From assembly GCA_965203555.1 (NCBI GenBank), contig CBDBCY010000001.1, positions 1 through 64,000 on the forward strand: a stretch of DNA of 64,000 nt, given 5' to 3'. Shown here in pieces: positions 29,394 through 39,357 of the stretch. Position numbers and translations under genes: made by a program. The stretch is from Acidimicrobiia bacterium (lineage in GTDB: Bacteria; Actinomycetota; Acidimicrobiia; Spongiisociales; ZC4RG35). The notes under the pieces are model-generated. The model was not told where the DNA came from. It was given only the letters and a program-made list of their open reading frames with translations, and ran no database searches. Position 1 is the stretch's first letter. The number at the start of each line of letters is the position of its first letter.

Positions 29394-31202
29394 TCACCCG
29401 GGAGCGCTGGAGCGGACGCCCGCGAACACCGCGTCGGGGGTGGCGATGCGGCCGGCGCCGCCCTCGGGATAACGCTCGGGGGTGATTATCCCGTTCAAGG
29501 CATCTCGGAGGTAGATGGCCAACGATTGTTGCGTCACGACCCCGAGCCGGGCCTGTCTCCCGTTCCCGAACAGGTACTGGTCGCCACCGTCGGCCAGGAA
29601 GTCCACCGTCGCCACCGTCACGTTGGGAGCGCCCTCCACCACCTCTCCGCCGCGCACCAGGACCGTCCCGTCGTCCAACTCGACCAGGAGCACCCGCTCA
29701 CCGGCACCCACCACCGCATCATCCTCGATGACCTGCGCAACCCCTTCCGGATCGTAGACAAACCGCAGGCCCGCCACTTGAACAAACCGGCCTGCCGATT
29801 CTTCGACACGCGACACGGCGTTTTCCAACAGCACTTTCAACTGCGCCGCGGAGACATCCTCCACCACTGTCAGAACATTGCTGTAAGGAACGATGTCGAA
29901 GGTGTCCGACTCGGTGACCGGGCCGGGTGGAATAACGGAGTCGTTGCGGATCCCTCCCCCGTTCATGAGCGCCACATCCGGAAAGGGCGCGCCGAAGTCC
30001 GGTGCGAGCCGACGAGCATCCCACAGCAGCGCGTCGGCCACCAGGTCGCCCAGATTGGTCTCCATGGTCCTGACCCCGGGAGACCTCCGCCCGTCCAACG
30101 GGTCCGCAGTCATGCCGACCGCCGTGCCGGCCATCTCCTGCAATGCAGCCACCACCGGTTCGGTCACCTGCGACTGCACCTGCGGGTCCGGCGCCACGGC
30201 ATCGGGTTCGGCGCCACCCGCCACCCTTACCAGGCCGCTGCCATCCTCCACTGCGATGACATTGCCGCGGGCATCAATGTCGAGGACCAACCGGCCCAGG
30301 TACGTGTAGTCACCCGGCGTGGTCACCAATGCCACGGGGCGCCCGTCCGCCAAGGTGGCCGTTTGCGGGTAGGGACCGACAGGATCACCCTCGCCGGGCA
30401 GGAGCAAAGTGGTCTCATCAGCCAGCAGCGCGTTGCTGCCCCCGGCCACGATGGCGTCGACCCCGGTGAGACCGGCGGCCAGATCGATCTCACCCTGGAG
30501 AGACTGCAGATGGGTGGCCACAATGATGATGTCTATCCCCTCCCGGGTGAGGCGGTCGATCTCGCCCTGGACGACCTCGGTCACCATGGCGTCGACGGTC
30601 ACGTTGCGAAGGCTGGTGAGGAAAGGCAGATCCGGGGTGGTGGCGCCGATGATCCCGATCCTCCGTCCCTGCTTGGTGACGACCACCGAAGAAGCGATCC
30701 TTCCCTGCTCCACCAGGGCCTGCAGGGCCGGCTCCCCCGACATGTCCAGGTTGGCGCTGACAAAGGGAGCGTTACCGACCTCCTCCACCAGCCTGGCAAA
30801 CAGATCGGGACCCTGATCGAATTCGTGGTTGCCGATGGTAAGGGCGTCGTAGCCGATCAGTTTGAGGGCGATCGCGTCATAGAACGGGCCCTCCCCGGTG
30901 AGGCTGGCCGACAGTTCCGGACCGCTCAGAATGTTGTCGCCCGAGGAGAGAGTCACCACCGCTGCTCCCTCCTGTTCCGCTTCCGATCGCACATCGTGCA
31001 CCAGGGTGGCGAAACGAGCCACCCCGCCGAAGTCGGGAAGGTCGGCCCCTGCCTGCACCAGATGCGACTCTCCGTCGTTGTGGTGGAGGATCACCAGCCT
31101 GAGATCTTCCCCGCCCCCCTGCAAGGTCAGGAAGGCTGCGACCAGCACCGCCACGATGATGGGAATCACACTCCACCGGATCGGTCGGGCTTTCCTGCTC
31201 AT
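29394..31202 (-). CDS. secreted bifunctional metallophosphatase/5'-nucleotidase
   Basis: ILHHNDGES, SSGD, IGNHEFD, ETNLGDLVADA, NGGGIR, FLADGGDQY. Confidence 0.93.
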   Translation of the reverse strand: MSRKARPIRWSVIPIIVAVLVAAFLTLQGGGEDLRLVILHHNDGESHLVQAGADLPDFGGVARFATLVHDVRSEAEQEGAAVVTLSSGDNILSGPELSASLTGEGPFYDAIALKLIGYDALTIGNHEFDQGPDLFARLVEEVGNAPFVSANLDMSGEPALQALVEQGRIASSVVVTKQGRRIGIIGATTPDLPFLTSLRNVTVDAMVTEVVQGEIDRLTREGIDIIIVATHLQSLQGEIDLAAGLTGVDAIVAGGSNALLADETTLLLPGEGDPVGPYPQTATLADGRPVALVTTPGDYTYLGRLVLDIDARGNVIAVEDGSGLVRVAGGAEPDAVAPDPQVQSQVTEPVVAALQEMAGTAVGMTADPLDGRRSPGVRTMETNLGDLVADALLWDARRLAPDFGAPFPDVALMNGGGIRNDSVIPPGPVTESDTFDIVPYSNVLTVVEDVSAAQLKVLLENAVSRVEESAGRFVQVAGLRFVYDPEGVAQVIEDDAVVGAGERVLLVELDDGTVLVRGGEVVEGAPNVTVATVDFLADGGDQYLFGNGRQARLGVVTQQSLAIYLRDALNGIITPERYPEGGAGRIATPDAVFAGVRSSAPG

Positions 31203-31264
31203 CTGTGTTTCCGGATGCCTCCCGGTAATGCCATGCCCGCCTGACATCTCGGATGCAGGGAGAA

Positions 31265-31768
31265 CTAGCGGTAAGGGTCGGCGTATGGGCTTTCGACCTG
31301 GAAGGGTCTTCCCTCCTCTCCGAACTGGATCAACTCGATCGAGATGTCATCGGGGTCCCGGAGATAACAGGTTAGAGCCCCTTCATACCTGCCCCAGGCG
31401 CAACGGACCGGCTCGGATGAGCGAAACTCGGCCCGTCCTCGCATACGCTCGTAGTCGCGGTAGATGTCCCGTGTCTCCAGGCAAATGTGGGTGTTCCCCG
31501 CGTTGTACGTCGCCATGTCCACCTTCCCGGGCGGAGGATTGTGATACTGCAGCATCTCCAGCACGGTGCCCCCGGGAAGCGCCCAGAAGGCGCCCGACAT
31601 GTCGCAATCGGGATAACCCACGATGTCGCCCACGTAATCGTCGATCTCCGCCGCCACCCAGGTGCCCTGCATGAAGGGCTCCGACTCGAGGAAATGACTC
31701 CACCAGGGAACCGACACCCCCAGGTCCGTCACCGTTATCCCGATGTGATCAATCGACTTGAAAATCAT
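31265..31768 (-). CDS. VOC (glyoxalase-like) family protein
   Basis: IDHIGITVTDL...THIC...YLRDPDDISIELIQ. Confidence 0.88.
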   Translation of the reverse strand: MIFKSIDHIGITVTDLGVSVPWWSHFLESEPFMQGTWVAAEIDDYVGDIVGYPDCDMSGAFWALPGGTVLEMLQYHNPPPGKVDMATYNAGNTHICLETRDIYRDYERMRGRAEFRSSEPVRCAWGRYEGALTCYLRDPDDISIELIQFGEEGRPFQVESPYADPYR

Positions 31769-32042
31769 CACCCACCTCCGAGGCAAACCTCATACCATAT
31801 GGCAGTTACGGGTCTTCCGCTCTTCTTGGCTAATACTCGGGCATGGTAACGATGCTCCTTCTCACCCGCCGACCTGCCCTGAATATGCCTTCAGAAAGCC
31901 CAGGAGTCCCCGATCTCCCATCCCATAGGACCCCGTAAAGCTAGCCTCCGAAAATGGACAGAGCTGGGTTTGCCGTTGCGCATCGGGCAAAAGCGTCAAT
32001 ATCCTCCACAAAGCCCAGGCGGAGAACGGGATCGTTCAGCCG

Positions 32043-33062
32043 ATGAACCCCGCCATCAAGGGGACGCTTTGGGCAGTGAGCGCCGTGGCTTTCGGCTCCT
32101 GGTTGCCCCTGTTCTATCTATTCACCCACGTCAGCAACGATCCGTTCGTGTGGCGCTCCTGGCTGATCATCTTCCAGAATGTGGCGATGATCCCAGTGTT
32201 CATCCTGTTACCGGCCAGGAACAAGGAATGGAGAGAGAAGGCCCGCCGGCTGCTGTTCTACTGGGAACAGAGAGGAACGCCCGTGCGCATCCGACGTCCC
32301 GTGCAGGTTGTGCGAACGCCGGCGTTTTGGATGGTGGTCTCCTTCGCTCTCGATCTGGCCTTCTGGGTGTGGGCGGCAACCCTGATCGACCCGCTGGTGG
32401 TCACCATCATCTTCCAGTTGGCCCTGATCGGACTGGTGTGGTTGGCGGCCAGGCTAGGCCGGAAGATATCCCGCGGACAACAAATCTCTCCGCACGTCAT
32501 AGGCGGGAGGCACTGGGCACTGATGATCCTCTCTTTCCTGGGCGCCGCCCTGGTTATCTGGTCGGAAACCGGAACGATCAGAAACCTCAATTGGCTGGGA
32601 ATAGCTGTGGCTGTGGCCGGCGCAGCCACCGCGGCCGCCAGTATGTGGGGAACCGTCTCCACCGGACGCATAATGGGGTGGCCCGGCAGCAACCCGAACG
32701 ATCTGGTATGGAACGCTACCTTTTCGGCAGTGGCCGGACGGTTTCTCGCCCTGCCGTTGACCCTGGCCGCAAGCGCCCTGTTTTTCCCGCCGACGGACAA
32801 GAGTTTCGAACTCACCGGGACCACGCTGGGTTTTCTGAGTCTGGTTGGAGCCTTCAACGCGGCCGGAGCACTCAGCCACCGTTACTCCCTCTATGTCACC
32901 TCCAGTCTGAGCGTCCAGCGGATCATGTTCTTCTCCCCGGTCCTCCAGATGCTGTGGATCTGGCTCTTCGCCGACGTCTCCATCGCCAACCCCGTGGCGC
33001 TCCTGGTCGGCACCGGGATCGTCCTCCTCTCCAACCTGGGCTGGCAGAGCGAAACGACTTGA
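32043..33062 (+). CDS. DMT/EamA-like membrane protein, paralog 1
   Basis: 339 aa, about 10 TM helices; FSPVLQMLWIWLF...LLVGTGIVLLSN tail. Confidence 0.75.
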   Translation: MNPAIKGTLWAVSAVAFGSWLPLFYLFTHVSNDPFVWRSWLIIFQNVAMIPVFILLPARNKEWREKARRLLFYWEQRGTPVRIRRPVQVVRTPAFWMVVSFALDLAFWVWAATLIDPLVVTIIFQLALIGLVWLAARLGRKISRGQQISPHVIGGRHWALMILSFLGAALVIWSETGTIRNLNWLGIAVAVAGAATAAASMWGTVSTGRIMGWPGSNPNDLVWNATFSAVAGRFLALPLTLAASALFFPPTDKSFELTGTTLGFLSLVGAFNAAGALSHRYSLYVTSSLSVQRIMFFSPVLQMLWIWLFADVSIANPVALLVGTGIVLLSNLGWQSETT

Positions 33063-33257
33063 CCTGGACGCGGACATCTCAGCTTCCTGTTGCGGGTCCC
33101 CGCTGCACACACCGCTTCTCATGACGGCCCGCTCCCCAACCCGCCGACAACACAGTTAACCTCTGAGAATGGACAAAGGCTCGCCATGGTTTGCCCTCCG
33201 CGGTCACCTGTCGCCAGCCCCTAGCGAGTCGGAGCGGAAAGTGGGATCGTTCGATCG

Positions 33258-34277
33258 GTGAACCCAACCACCAAGGGAACTCTGTGGGCCGTGGGCTCGG
33301 TGGTTACCGGTTCCTGGTTGCCACTGCTGTATTTCGTCACCCATGTCAGCGACGACCCCTTCGTGTGGCGCTGCTGGGCGTTCGTCTTCCAAGCGTTGAC
33401 CCTGGCGCCGCTGTTCCTTCTGATTCCCGCCACCAATAGGAACTGGCGGGAGAAGATCCGAAAACTCCTGTTCTACTGGGGAGACACCGGAGAACCGGTC
33501 CCAGTTCGAAGTCCCATGGAGGTATTGCGAACTCCGGCGTTGTGGATGGTGATCTCCTACCCTCTCGACTTGGCTTTGTGGGTCTGGGCGGCCACTCTGA
33601 TCGACCCGCTGGTGGTGACCGTCATCTTCCAGTTACTGGTGATTGGCATGGTGTGGATGGCAGCCAGGCTGGGAAGGAAGATTTCCACCGGAAAACGGGC
33701 GTCCCCCCATGTCATAAGCAGAAAGTACTGGCTGCTGATGGTGCTCTCCTTCCTTGGGGCAGCCCTGGTCATCTGGTCGGAGACCGCCACAGTCGGAGCC
33801 ATCAACTGGTTGGGAATAGCCTTGGCGTTCGGTGGCGCCGCCACCGCGGTCGGCAGTCTTTGGGGAACCGTCTCCGCCGGACGCCTCATGGCATGGCCCG
33901 GCGGGTCCGCCCATGACATGGTGTGGAACGCCACCTTAGCTGCGGTGGGCGGACGGATTCTCGCCTTTCCCCTCGCCCTGGCCGGAAGCATCCTGTTCTT
34001 CCCGCCGACCGACAACAACTTCGATATCAACTGGTCCACCCTGGGATTGCTGACCCTCATGGGACTCTCCAACGCGGTGGGCGCGCTCGGCTACCGGTAT
34101 TCGATGTATGTGACCTCCAGCTTGAGCGTCCAGCGCATCATGTTCTTCAACCCGGTCCTCCAGATGTTTTGGATCTGGCTCTTCGCCGACGTCTCCATCG
34201 CCAACCCCGTGGCGCTCCTGATCGGCGCCGGAATCGTGCTCCTCTCCAACCTGGGCTGGCAGACCAAATCCGGTTGA
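33258..34277 (+). CDS. DMT/EamA-like membrane protein, paralog 2
   Basis: 339 aa, colinear with paralog 1. Confidence 0.75.
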   Translation: MNPTTKGTLWAVGSVVTGSWLPLLYFVTHVSDDPFVWRCWAFVFQALTLAPLFLLIPATNRNWREKIRKLLFYWGDTGEPVPVRSPMEVLRTPALWMVISYPLDLALWVWAATLIDPLVVTVIFQLLVIGMVWMAARLGRKISTGKRASPHVISRKYWLLMVLSFLGAALVIWSETATVGAINWLGIALAFGGAATAVGSLWGTVSAGRLMAWPGGSAHDMVWNATLAAVGGRILAFPLALAGSILFFPPTDNNFDINWSTLGLLTLMGLSNAVGALGYRYSMYVTSSLSVQRIMFFNPVLQMFWIWLFADVSIANPVALLIGAGIVLLSNLGWQTKSG

Positions 34278-34434
34278 AATCGCCCCCCGGTATCAGCTGC
34301 CACAGAGAGGCCCGCTTCCCCGCACAGGGGCCTCACCGGAAAGCTAACCTCCAAGGGCACGAAGCGCGCCAGCGGCAGCCCGACAGAGTGGTGTCGCCAG
34401 CTCCACCAGACCAGAGAACAGGATCGTTCGAGCG

Positions 34435-35454
34435 GTGAACCCAACCATCAAGGGGACGTTGTGGGCGGTGAGCGCGGTTGTCGGGCTCTCCTGGCTGCCT
34501 CTGTTCTATCTCTACACCCATGTCAGCGACGACCCCTTCGTGTGGCGCTCCTGGTCGTTCGTATTCCAGGCGGCCGGGTTGGCGCCGGTGCTTTTCGTGC
34601 TACAGACCAAGAACAAGAACTGGAAGGAGAAGGCTGGCAAGCTGCTGTACTACTGGGGAGACACCGGAGAACCGATACGCATTCACAATCCCCTGGAAGT
34701 GGTGCGAACGCCGGCGTTCTGGATGGCGATCGGATTCGCGGTCGATCTGGCTTTCTGGGTGTGGGCGGCCACTCTGATCGACCCGCTGGTGGTGACCATC
34801 ATCTTCCAGTTGGCTTTTATAGGAAATGTGTGGATGGCGGCCCGACTGGGCAGGAAGATATCCACAGGCGACCGCACCTCGCCGCACGTCATTGGCGGTA
34901 AGCACTGGGGCCTGATGGCCCTTGCTTTCCTGGGCGCCGCCCTGGTCATCTGGTCGGAGACCGGCGAGATCGGAACCCTCCACTGGCTCGGTGTAGCGGT
35001 TGCGTTTGTCGGCACCGCCACCGGCGTCGCAAGTCTGTGGGGGACCATCTCGCTGGGACGCATAATGGGGTGGCCCGGAGACGACCCCATGGACCTGGCA
35101 TGGAACTCCACCTTTGCGGCCGTGGCCGCACGGGTGCTCGCCCTCCCCCTGACCTTGGCAGGAAGCGCCCTGTTCTTCCCGCCGACCGAAAACGCCTTCG
35201 ACATCAACTGGACCATCGTCGGTTTCTTCAGCCTGATAGGAATCTTCAACATGGTGGGGTCACTCAGCTACCGGTTCTCCATGTACGTGACCTCCAGTTT
35301 GAGCGTCCAGCGCATCATGTTCTTCACCCCTGTCCTCCAGATGCTTTGGATATGGCTCTTCGTAGACGTCACTATCGCCAACCCCCCGGCGCTTCTGATC
35401 GGCAGCGGGATCGTACTCCTCTCCAACCTGGGATGGCAGACCGAAGAGGGATGA
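34435..35454 (+). CDS. DMT/EamA-like membrane protein, paralog 3
   Basis: 339 aa, colinear with paralogs 1 and 2. Confidence 0.75.
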   Translation: MNPTIKGTLWAVSAVVGLSWLPLFYLYTHVSDDPFVWRSWSFVFQAAGLAPVLFVLQTKNKNWKEKAGKLLYYWGDTGEPIRIHNPLEVVRTPAFWMAIGFAVDLAFWVWAATLIDPLVVTIIFQLAFIGNVWMAARLGRKISTGDRTSPHVIGGKHWGLMALAFLGAALVIWSETGEIGTLHWLGVAVAFVGTATGVASLWGTISLGRIMGWPGDDPMDLAWNSTFAAVAARVLALPLTLAGSALFFPPTENAFDINWTIVGFFSLIGIFNMVGSLSYRFSMYVTSSLSVQRIMFFTPVLQMLWIWLFVDVTIANPPALLIGSGIVLLSNLGWQTEEG

Positions 35455-35565
35455 CCTCGACTGCAGACATCTTGGCAATGGCTCATACCTGACGCACCTC
35501 CGGGACTTTCGGCAACGGGTTTTTGCGCACGGCATTCCCTGATTCGATACAATCCCAAAACCGAA

Positions 35566-37806
35566 ATGGTTTCCCCCTCCCCACCCCGTGGCAAATACGA
35601 TCCCCGGCATGTCCAGGGTCGCCGTCCTGTTGGTATTGCAGAGGCGAGGAAAACAGTTTCAGAAGCCCAGCAGATCGCGAGGGAAGCGGCAGGTCTTCTC
35701 GCTACTTTGGAATCCGCCGAACGAAAGGCATTTGATGCCTACAGCCAAGAACGGGAAAGCTCTGTGAGCCGACACCTGTCCGTGACGCCGATTGAAGAAA
35801 TCAAAAGGGTTGCGCCTCGTCCGATCCGACTGAAGGCGGTCAAGTCGGCAGGAATTCGTACAGTAGGGGCCGCTCAGAGAGCAGGATATGGACTCGACTC
35901 CATCAGAGGCGTCGGTTCCCGCACCTCAACGAGAATCCTTTCCGCCGCCGCCGAGTACGAAGAGGTTCTTCGTAGGGACTGGAGAGTCCGTTTCGATGTG
36001 GAGAACCGTCCGGGGACACAAACACACCTTCTCTCTCGGTTGAGTGCTCTGAACATCGCCCGCCGACACATCATGCCGGCGCGTCCCCGATTGGAGGAAT
36101 TGCATCACGCTATCCAGGAGTTCACCCAAATGGCAGGCCTCCTTTGCCGACGGATCCTGCGACTCTTCGCCGGACGAAAACGAACAGCCAGGGCAAGAGC
36201 AGCGTTTGAGAATCTGGTTGGACTCTTGAGCAGTTCGGGCACTATTGCCCTAACCGAAGAAATGAAGGCCATCAATCAACGGCTGTCCTTTTGGGAACAC
36301 GATCTCCGTGGGATCTGGGATGACTATATGGCCGAACCCATAACCTACAACGGACTCCTCGACGAGATCGGGGAACAGGAACCGCAGGAGGAGGCCTCCC
36401 AGGGTTTCCTGCCCCAAGAGATCGTTGATCGTGTAAACGCCTTCAGCCTGGACAAACGCCTACTCACAGCCTCATTGAGGGGCTACCAAGCCTTCGGCGC
36501 CAGATACGCACTGGTTCAGGAGCGAACCATCCTGGGGGATGAGATGGGTTTGGGCAAGACGATCGAGGCTCTGGCCGTTATGTGCCATCTGCATTCGGGA
36601 GGAGCCATGCATTCCTTCGTGGTCTGTCCGGCCAGCGTGCTGGCGAACTGGGAACGTGAGATAATCAGCCACACTCGCCTCCGTAGAACATGGCGACTCC
36701 ACGGCTTCAATCGGGAAGGCTCTCTCCGACAATGGGCTCTTGAAGGAGGCGTGGCCATCACTACTTTCGACACCCTCGGATCTCTTGACCTTCCCAATGT
36801 CGAGATCGCGGTGGCGGTGATCGATGAAGCCCACTACGTAAAGAATCCCGATACGAAGCGAACCAAGAACGTCCGGTCTCTGCTTGCCCAGTCGAAACGT
36901 CACCTGCTGATGAGCGGAACCCCGATGGAAAACCGTGTCGACGAGTTCCGCGTGCTGATAGACCATATTCGTCCCGCTATGGCCGCGACGATAAGCACTG
37001 CCGACACCATTACCGGAGCAAACACTTTTCGTAAGGCGGTGGCACCCGTCTATCTGAGGCGCAACCAGGAGGATGTCCTGAGCGAACTTCCGGACAAGAT
37101 CGAAGTGGAGGATTGGTTGGAACTGAGCGGACACTCCGCTGAGAGGTATCGACAAGCCGTATCCACCGGGAACTTCATGGCTATGCGACGCGCGGTTTTC
37201 CTTACAGACCGTCCCTCGGATTCTCCAAAACTGAGTAGATTACTTGAGATTGTCGAAGAAGCCATGGCCAACAACCAAAAGACCGTGGTCTTCTCGTTTT
37301 TTCGCGATGTCATTGACCGAACATTCAAAGTCCTCGGATCTGACGCGTTCGGACCTCTAACCGGCGGTGTGTCGGCACCTAATCGCCAAAAACTGTTGGA
37401 CGAATTTTCCCGCGCCCCAAATCCAGGGGTTCTGGTCAGTCAAATCGAAGCGGGCGGCGTAGGGCTCAATATTCAGGCGGCCTCGGTTGTCATCCTGACC
37501 GAACCTCAATGGAAACCGAGCGTCGAAGAGCAAGCTATCGCAAGGTGTCACCGTATGGGACAAGTCCGACCCGTACAGGTTCATCGCTTGCTTACCGAGA
37601 ACAGTGTCGACGAACACATGCGGGAAATATTGTCCCGCAAATCCGTACTCTTCGCCGAGTACGCCCGAAAGAGCGCCATGAAGGAGGCGACACCACAGGC
37701 CGTGGACACAACCGACGGAGACAACATTCGGACAGCTGGCACCCAGGCCGAACAGGAACGTCGCATTATCGAATTCGAAAGACGCCGACTCGGTGTGCAT
37801 ACCTGA
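35566..37806 (+). CDS. SNF2-family helicase
   Basis: LGDEMGLGKT, DEAH, SGTPMEN, GGVGLN, QAIARCHRMGQ. Confidence 0.93.
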   Translation: MVSPSPPRGKYDPRHVQGRRPVGIAEARKTVSEAQQIAREAAGLLATLESAERKAFDAYSQERESSVSRHLSVTPIEEIKRVAPRPIRLKAVKSAGIRTVGAAQRAGYGLDSIRGVGSRTSTRILSAAAEYEEVLRRDWRVRFDVENRPGTQTHLLSRLSALNIARRHIMPARPRLEELHHAIQEFTQMAGLLCRRILRLFAGRKRTARARAAFENLVGLLSSSGTIALTEEMKAINQRLSFWEHDLRGIWDDYMAEPITYNGLLDEIGEQEPQEEASQGFLPQEIVDRVNAFSLDKRLLTASLRGYQAFGARYALVQERTILGDEMGLGKTIEALAVMCHLHSGGAMHSFVVCPASVLANWEREIISHTRLRRTWRLHGFNREGSLRQWALEGGVAITTFDTLGSLDLPNVEIAVAVIDEAHYVKNPDTKRTKNVRSLLAQSKRHLLMSGTPMENRVDEFRVLIDHIRPAMAATISTADTITGANTFRKAVAPVYLRRNQEDVLSELPDKIEVEDWLELSGHSAERYRQAVSTGNFMAMRRAVFLTDRPSDSPKLSRLLEIVEEAMANNQKTVVFSFFRDVIDRTFKVLGSDAFGPLTGGVSAPNRQKLLDEFSRAPNPGVLVSQIEAGGVGLNIQAASVVILTEPQWKPSVEEQAIARCHRMGQVRPVQVHRLLTENSVDEHMREILSRKSVLFAEYARKSAMKEATPQAVDTTDGDNIRTAGTQAEQERRIIEFERRRLGVHT

Positions 37807-37833
37807 AATGGCAGGAAGGCAATTCGGAGGGTC

Positions 37834-39357
37834 ATGGTCTCTCTGGTAACCGATCTCCTCGACCGGTCGGCTCGTCTGTATCCGCAACGGTGTGCCGTGC
37901 GGATAGTGGGGGGGCCGTCGCTCACCTACGCCCGACTGTCCCACAGGGTGGAGCAGGTGGCGGGCGCCCTGAGACGGCTCGGCGTGCGAAGGGGCGACCG
38001 AGTGGCGGTGATGGCTCCCGCGGGACTGGCGTTCTTCGACGCCTATCTGGGCGCCGCCCGGCTGGGCGCCGCCGCCGTTCCCTTCTCGACAAGGCTGGCC
38101 CCGGCCGAGGTCGCCCGACAGTTGGCCGACGCCGATCCCCGGGCCGCCATCGTCGCAGCGGCATACGCAGAGTTGGTGGCGCGGGCCGGGGACCCTGGGA
38201 TGGCCGTGCTTGAACATGAAAGCTCCGAATACCGCCAAATGCTGTCCTCGTCTCATCCGGTTCCCCACAAAGCCCGACCCGAGGACACGGCATTGATCAT
38301 CTACACCAGCGGCACCACCGGAGATCCCAAGGGGGTGTGCCTGTCCCAGCGGGCTCTGACCTTCAATGCCTTCGTGACGGCCGTCGCCCAGGGGCTTGTC
38401 CCGACTGACGTGTACCTGTCTGCTACCCCTCTTTATCACGCCTCGGCGGGACTGCGGGTGATCACCATGCTGGTGGATGGACAGTCCCATGTGGTGCTCC
38501 CTTCGTTCAACGCCGACGATGCGATGCGAACCATCTCCGCTACAGGAGTGACCACCACCATCATGGTTGCCACCCAGTTGCAGAGAATCCTTGACTCTCC
38601 CGGTTTCGATCCCGACCTGTTTCGTTCCATGCGACTGTTGCTGTACGGCGCGGCTTCCACCCGCTCCAATCTGGTCGAGAGGATGATGGAATCTCTGCCC
38701 TGCGGTCTCTATCACGGGTACGGACTAACCGAGGCCACCGCGGCGTGCGCGGCTTTGGGCGCCGAGGACCATGAACGCAGGATCGGCATCACTTCAAGCG
38801 GGCTCTCCATCGGCCGTCCCATGGTGGGAGTGGATATAAGGATCGCCACCCGTGAAGGCCGGGACACCGAACCTGAACAGGTGGGCGAATTGCTGATCCG
38901 CACTCCAAAGCTGATGTCGGGTTACTGGAAACAACCTCAGGCCACCGAAGCAGCCATCCGGGATGGCTGGCTCCACACCGGAGACCTGGGTTATCACACC
39001 GAGCAGGGTTACCTGTACCTGTCGGGACGGCTCAAGGAACTGGTTATCAGCGGGGGCGTCAACATCTACCCCCCGCAGATTGAACATGTTCTCTCCCATC
39101 ATCCCCAGGTGGCGGAGATCGCAGTGATCGGCCTGCCCGACCGCCATTGGGGCGAGGCCGTGACGGCGGTGGTGGTTCCCCGCCCCGGCCCCAGCCCGAC
39201 GCTGGAGGACATAGGCCGGTGGGTGAGTGACCGACTGGCTTCCCACATGAAACCCAAACGACTGATCCTTGCCGACCGGCTCCCTCGCGGCGCAACCGGA
39301 AAAGTGCAAAAGCACCGGCTGGTCGCGTTGCACAGCGAATTGGAAGCCGACCAATGA
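37834..39357 (+). CDS. AMP-binding acyl-CoA synthetase
   Basis: YTSGTTGDPKG, GYGLTE, TGDLG, SGGVNIYP, GKVQK. Confidence 0.93.
   Translation: MVSLVTDLLDRSARLYPQRCAVRIVGGPSLTYARLSHRVEQVAGALRRLGVRRGDRVAVMAPAGLAFFDAYLGAARLGAAAVPFSTRLAPAEVARQLADADPRAAIVAAAYAELVARAGDPGMAVLEHESSEYRQMLSSSHPVPHKARPEDTALIIYTSGTTGDPKGVCLSQRALTFNAFVTAVAQGLVPTDVYLSATPLYHASAGLRVITMLVDGQSHVVLPSFNADDAMRTISATGVTTTIMVATQLQRILDSPGFDPDLFRSMRLLLYGAASTRSNLVERMMESLPCGLYHGYGLTEATAACAALGAEDHERRIGITSSGLSIGRPMVGVDIRIATREGRDTEPEQVGELLIRTPKLMSGYWKQPQATEAAIRDGWLHTGDLGYHTEQGYLYLSGRLKELVISGGVNIYPPQIEHVLSHHPQVAEIAVIGLPDRHWGEAVTAVVVPRPGPSPTLEDIGRWVSDRLASHMKPKRLILADRLPRGATGKVQKHRLVALHSELEADQ

Noticed and set aside
22104-31244. Long opposite-strand ORFs such as 22104-23237, 25414-26859 and 29526-31244
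   Set aside because: Antisense to well-supported genes and lack recognisable motifs.
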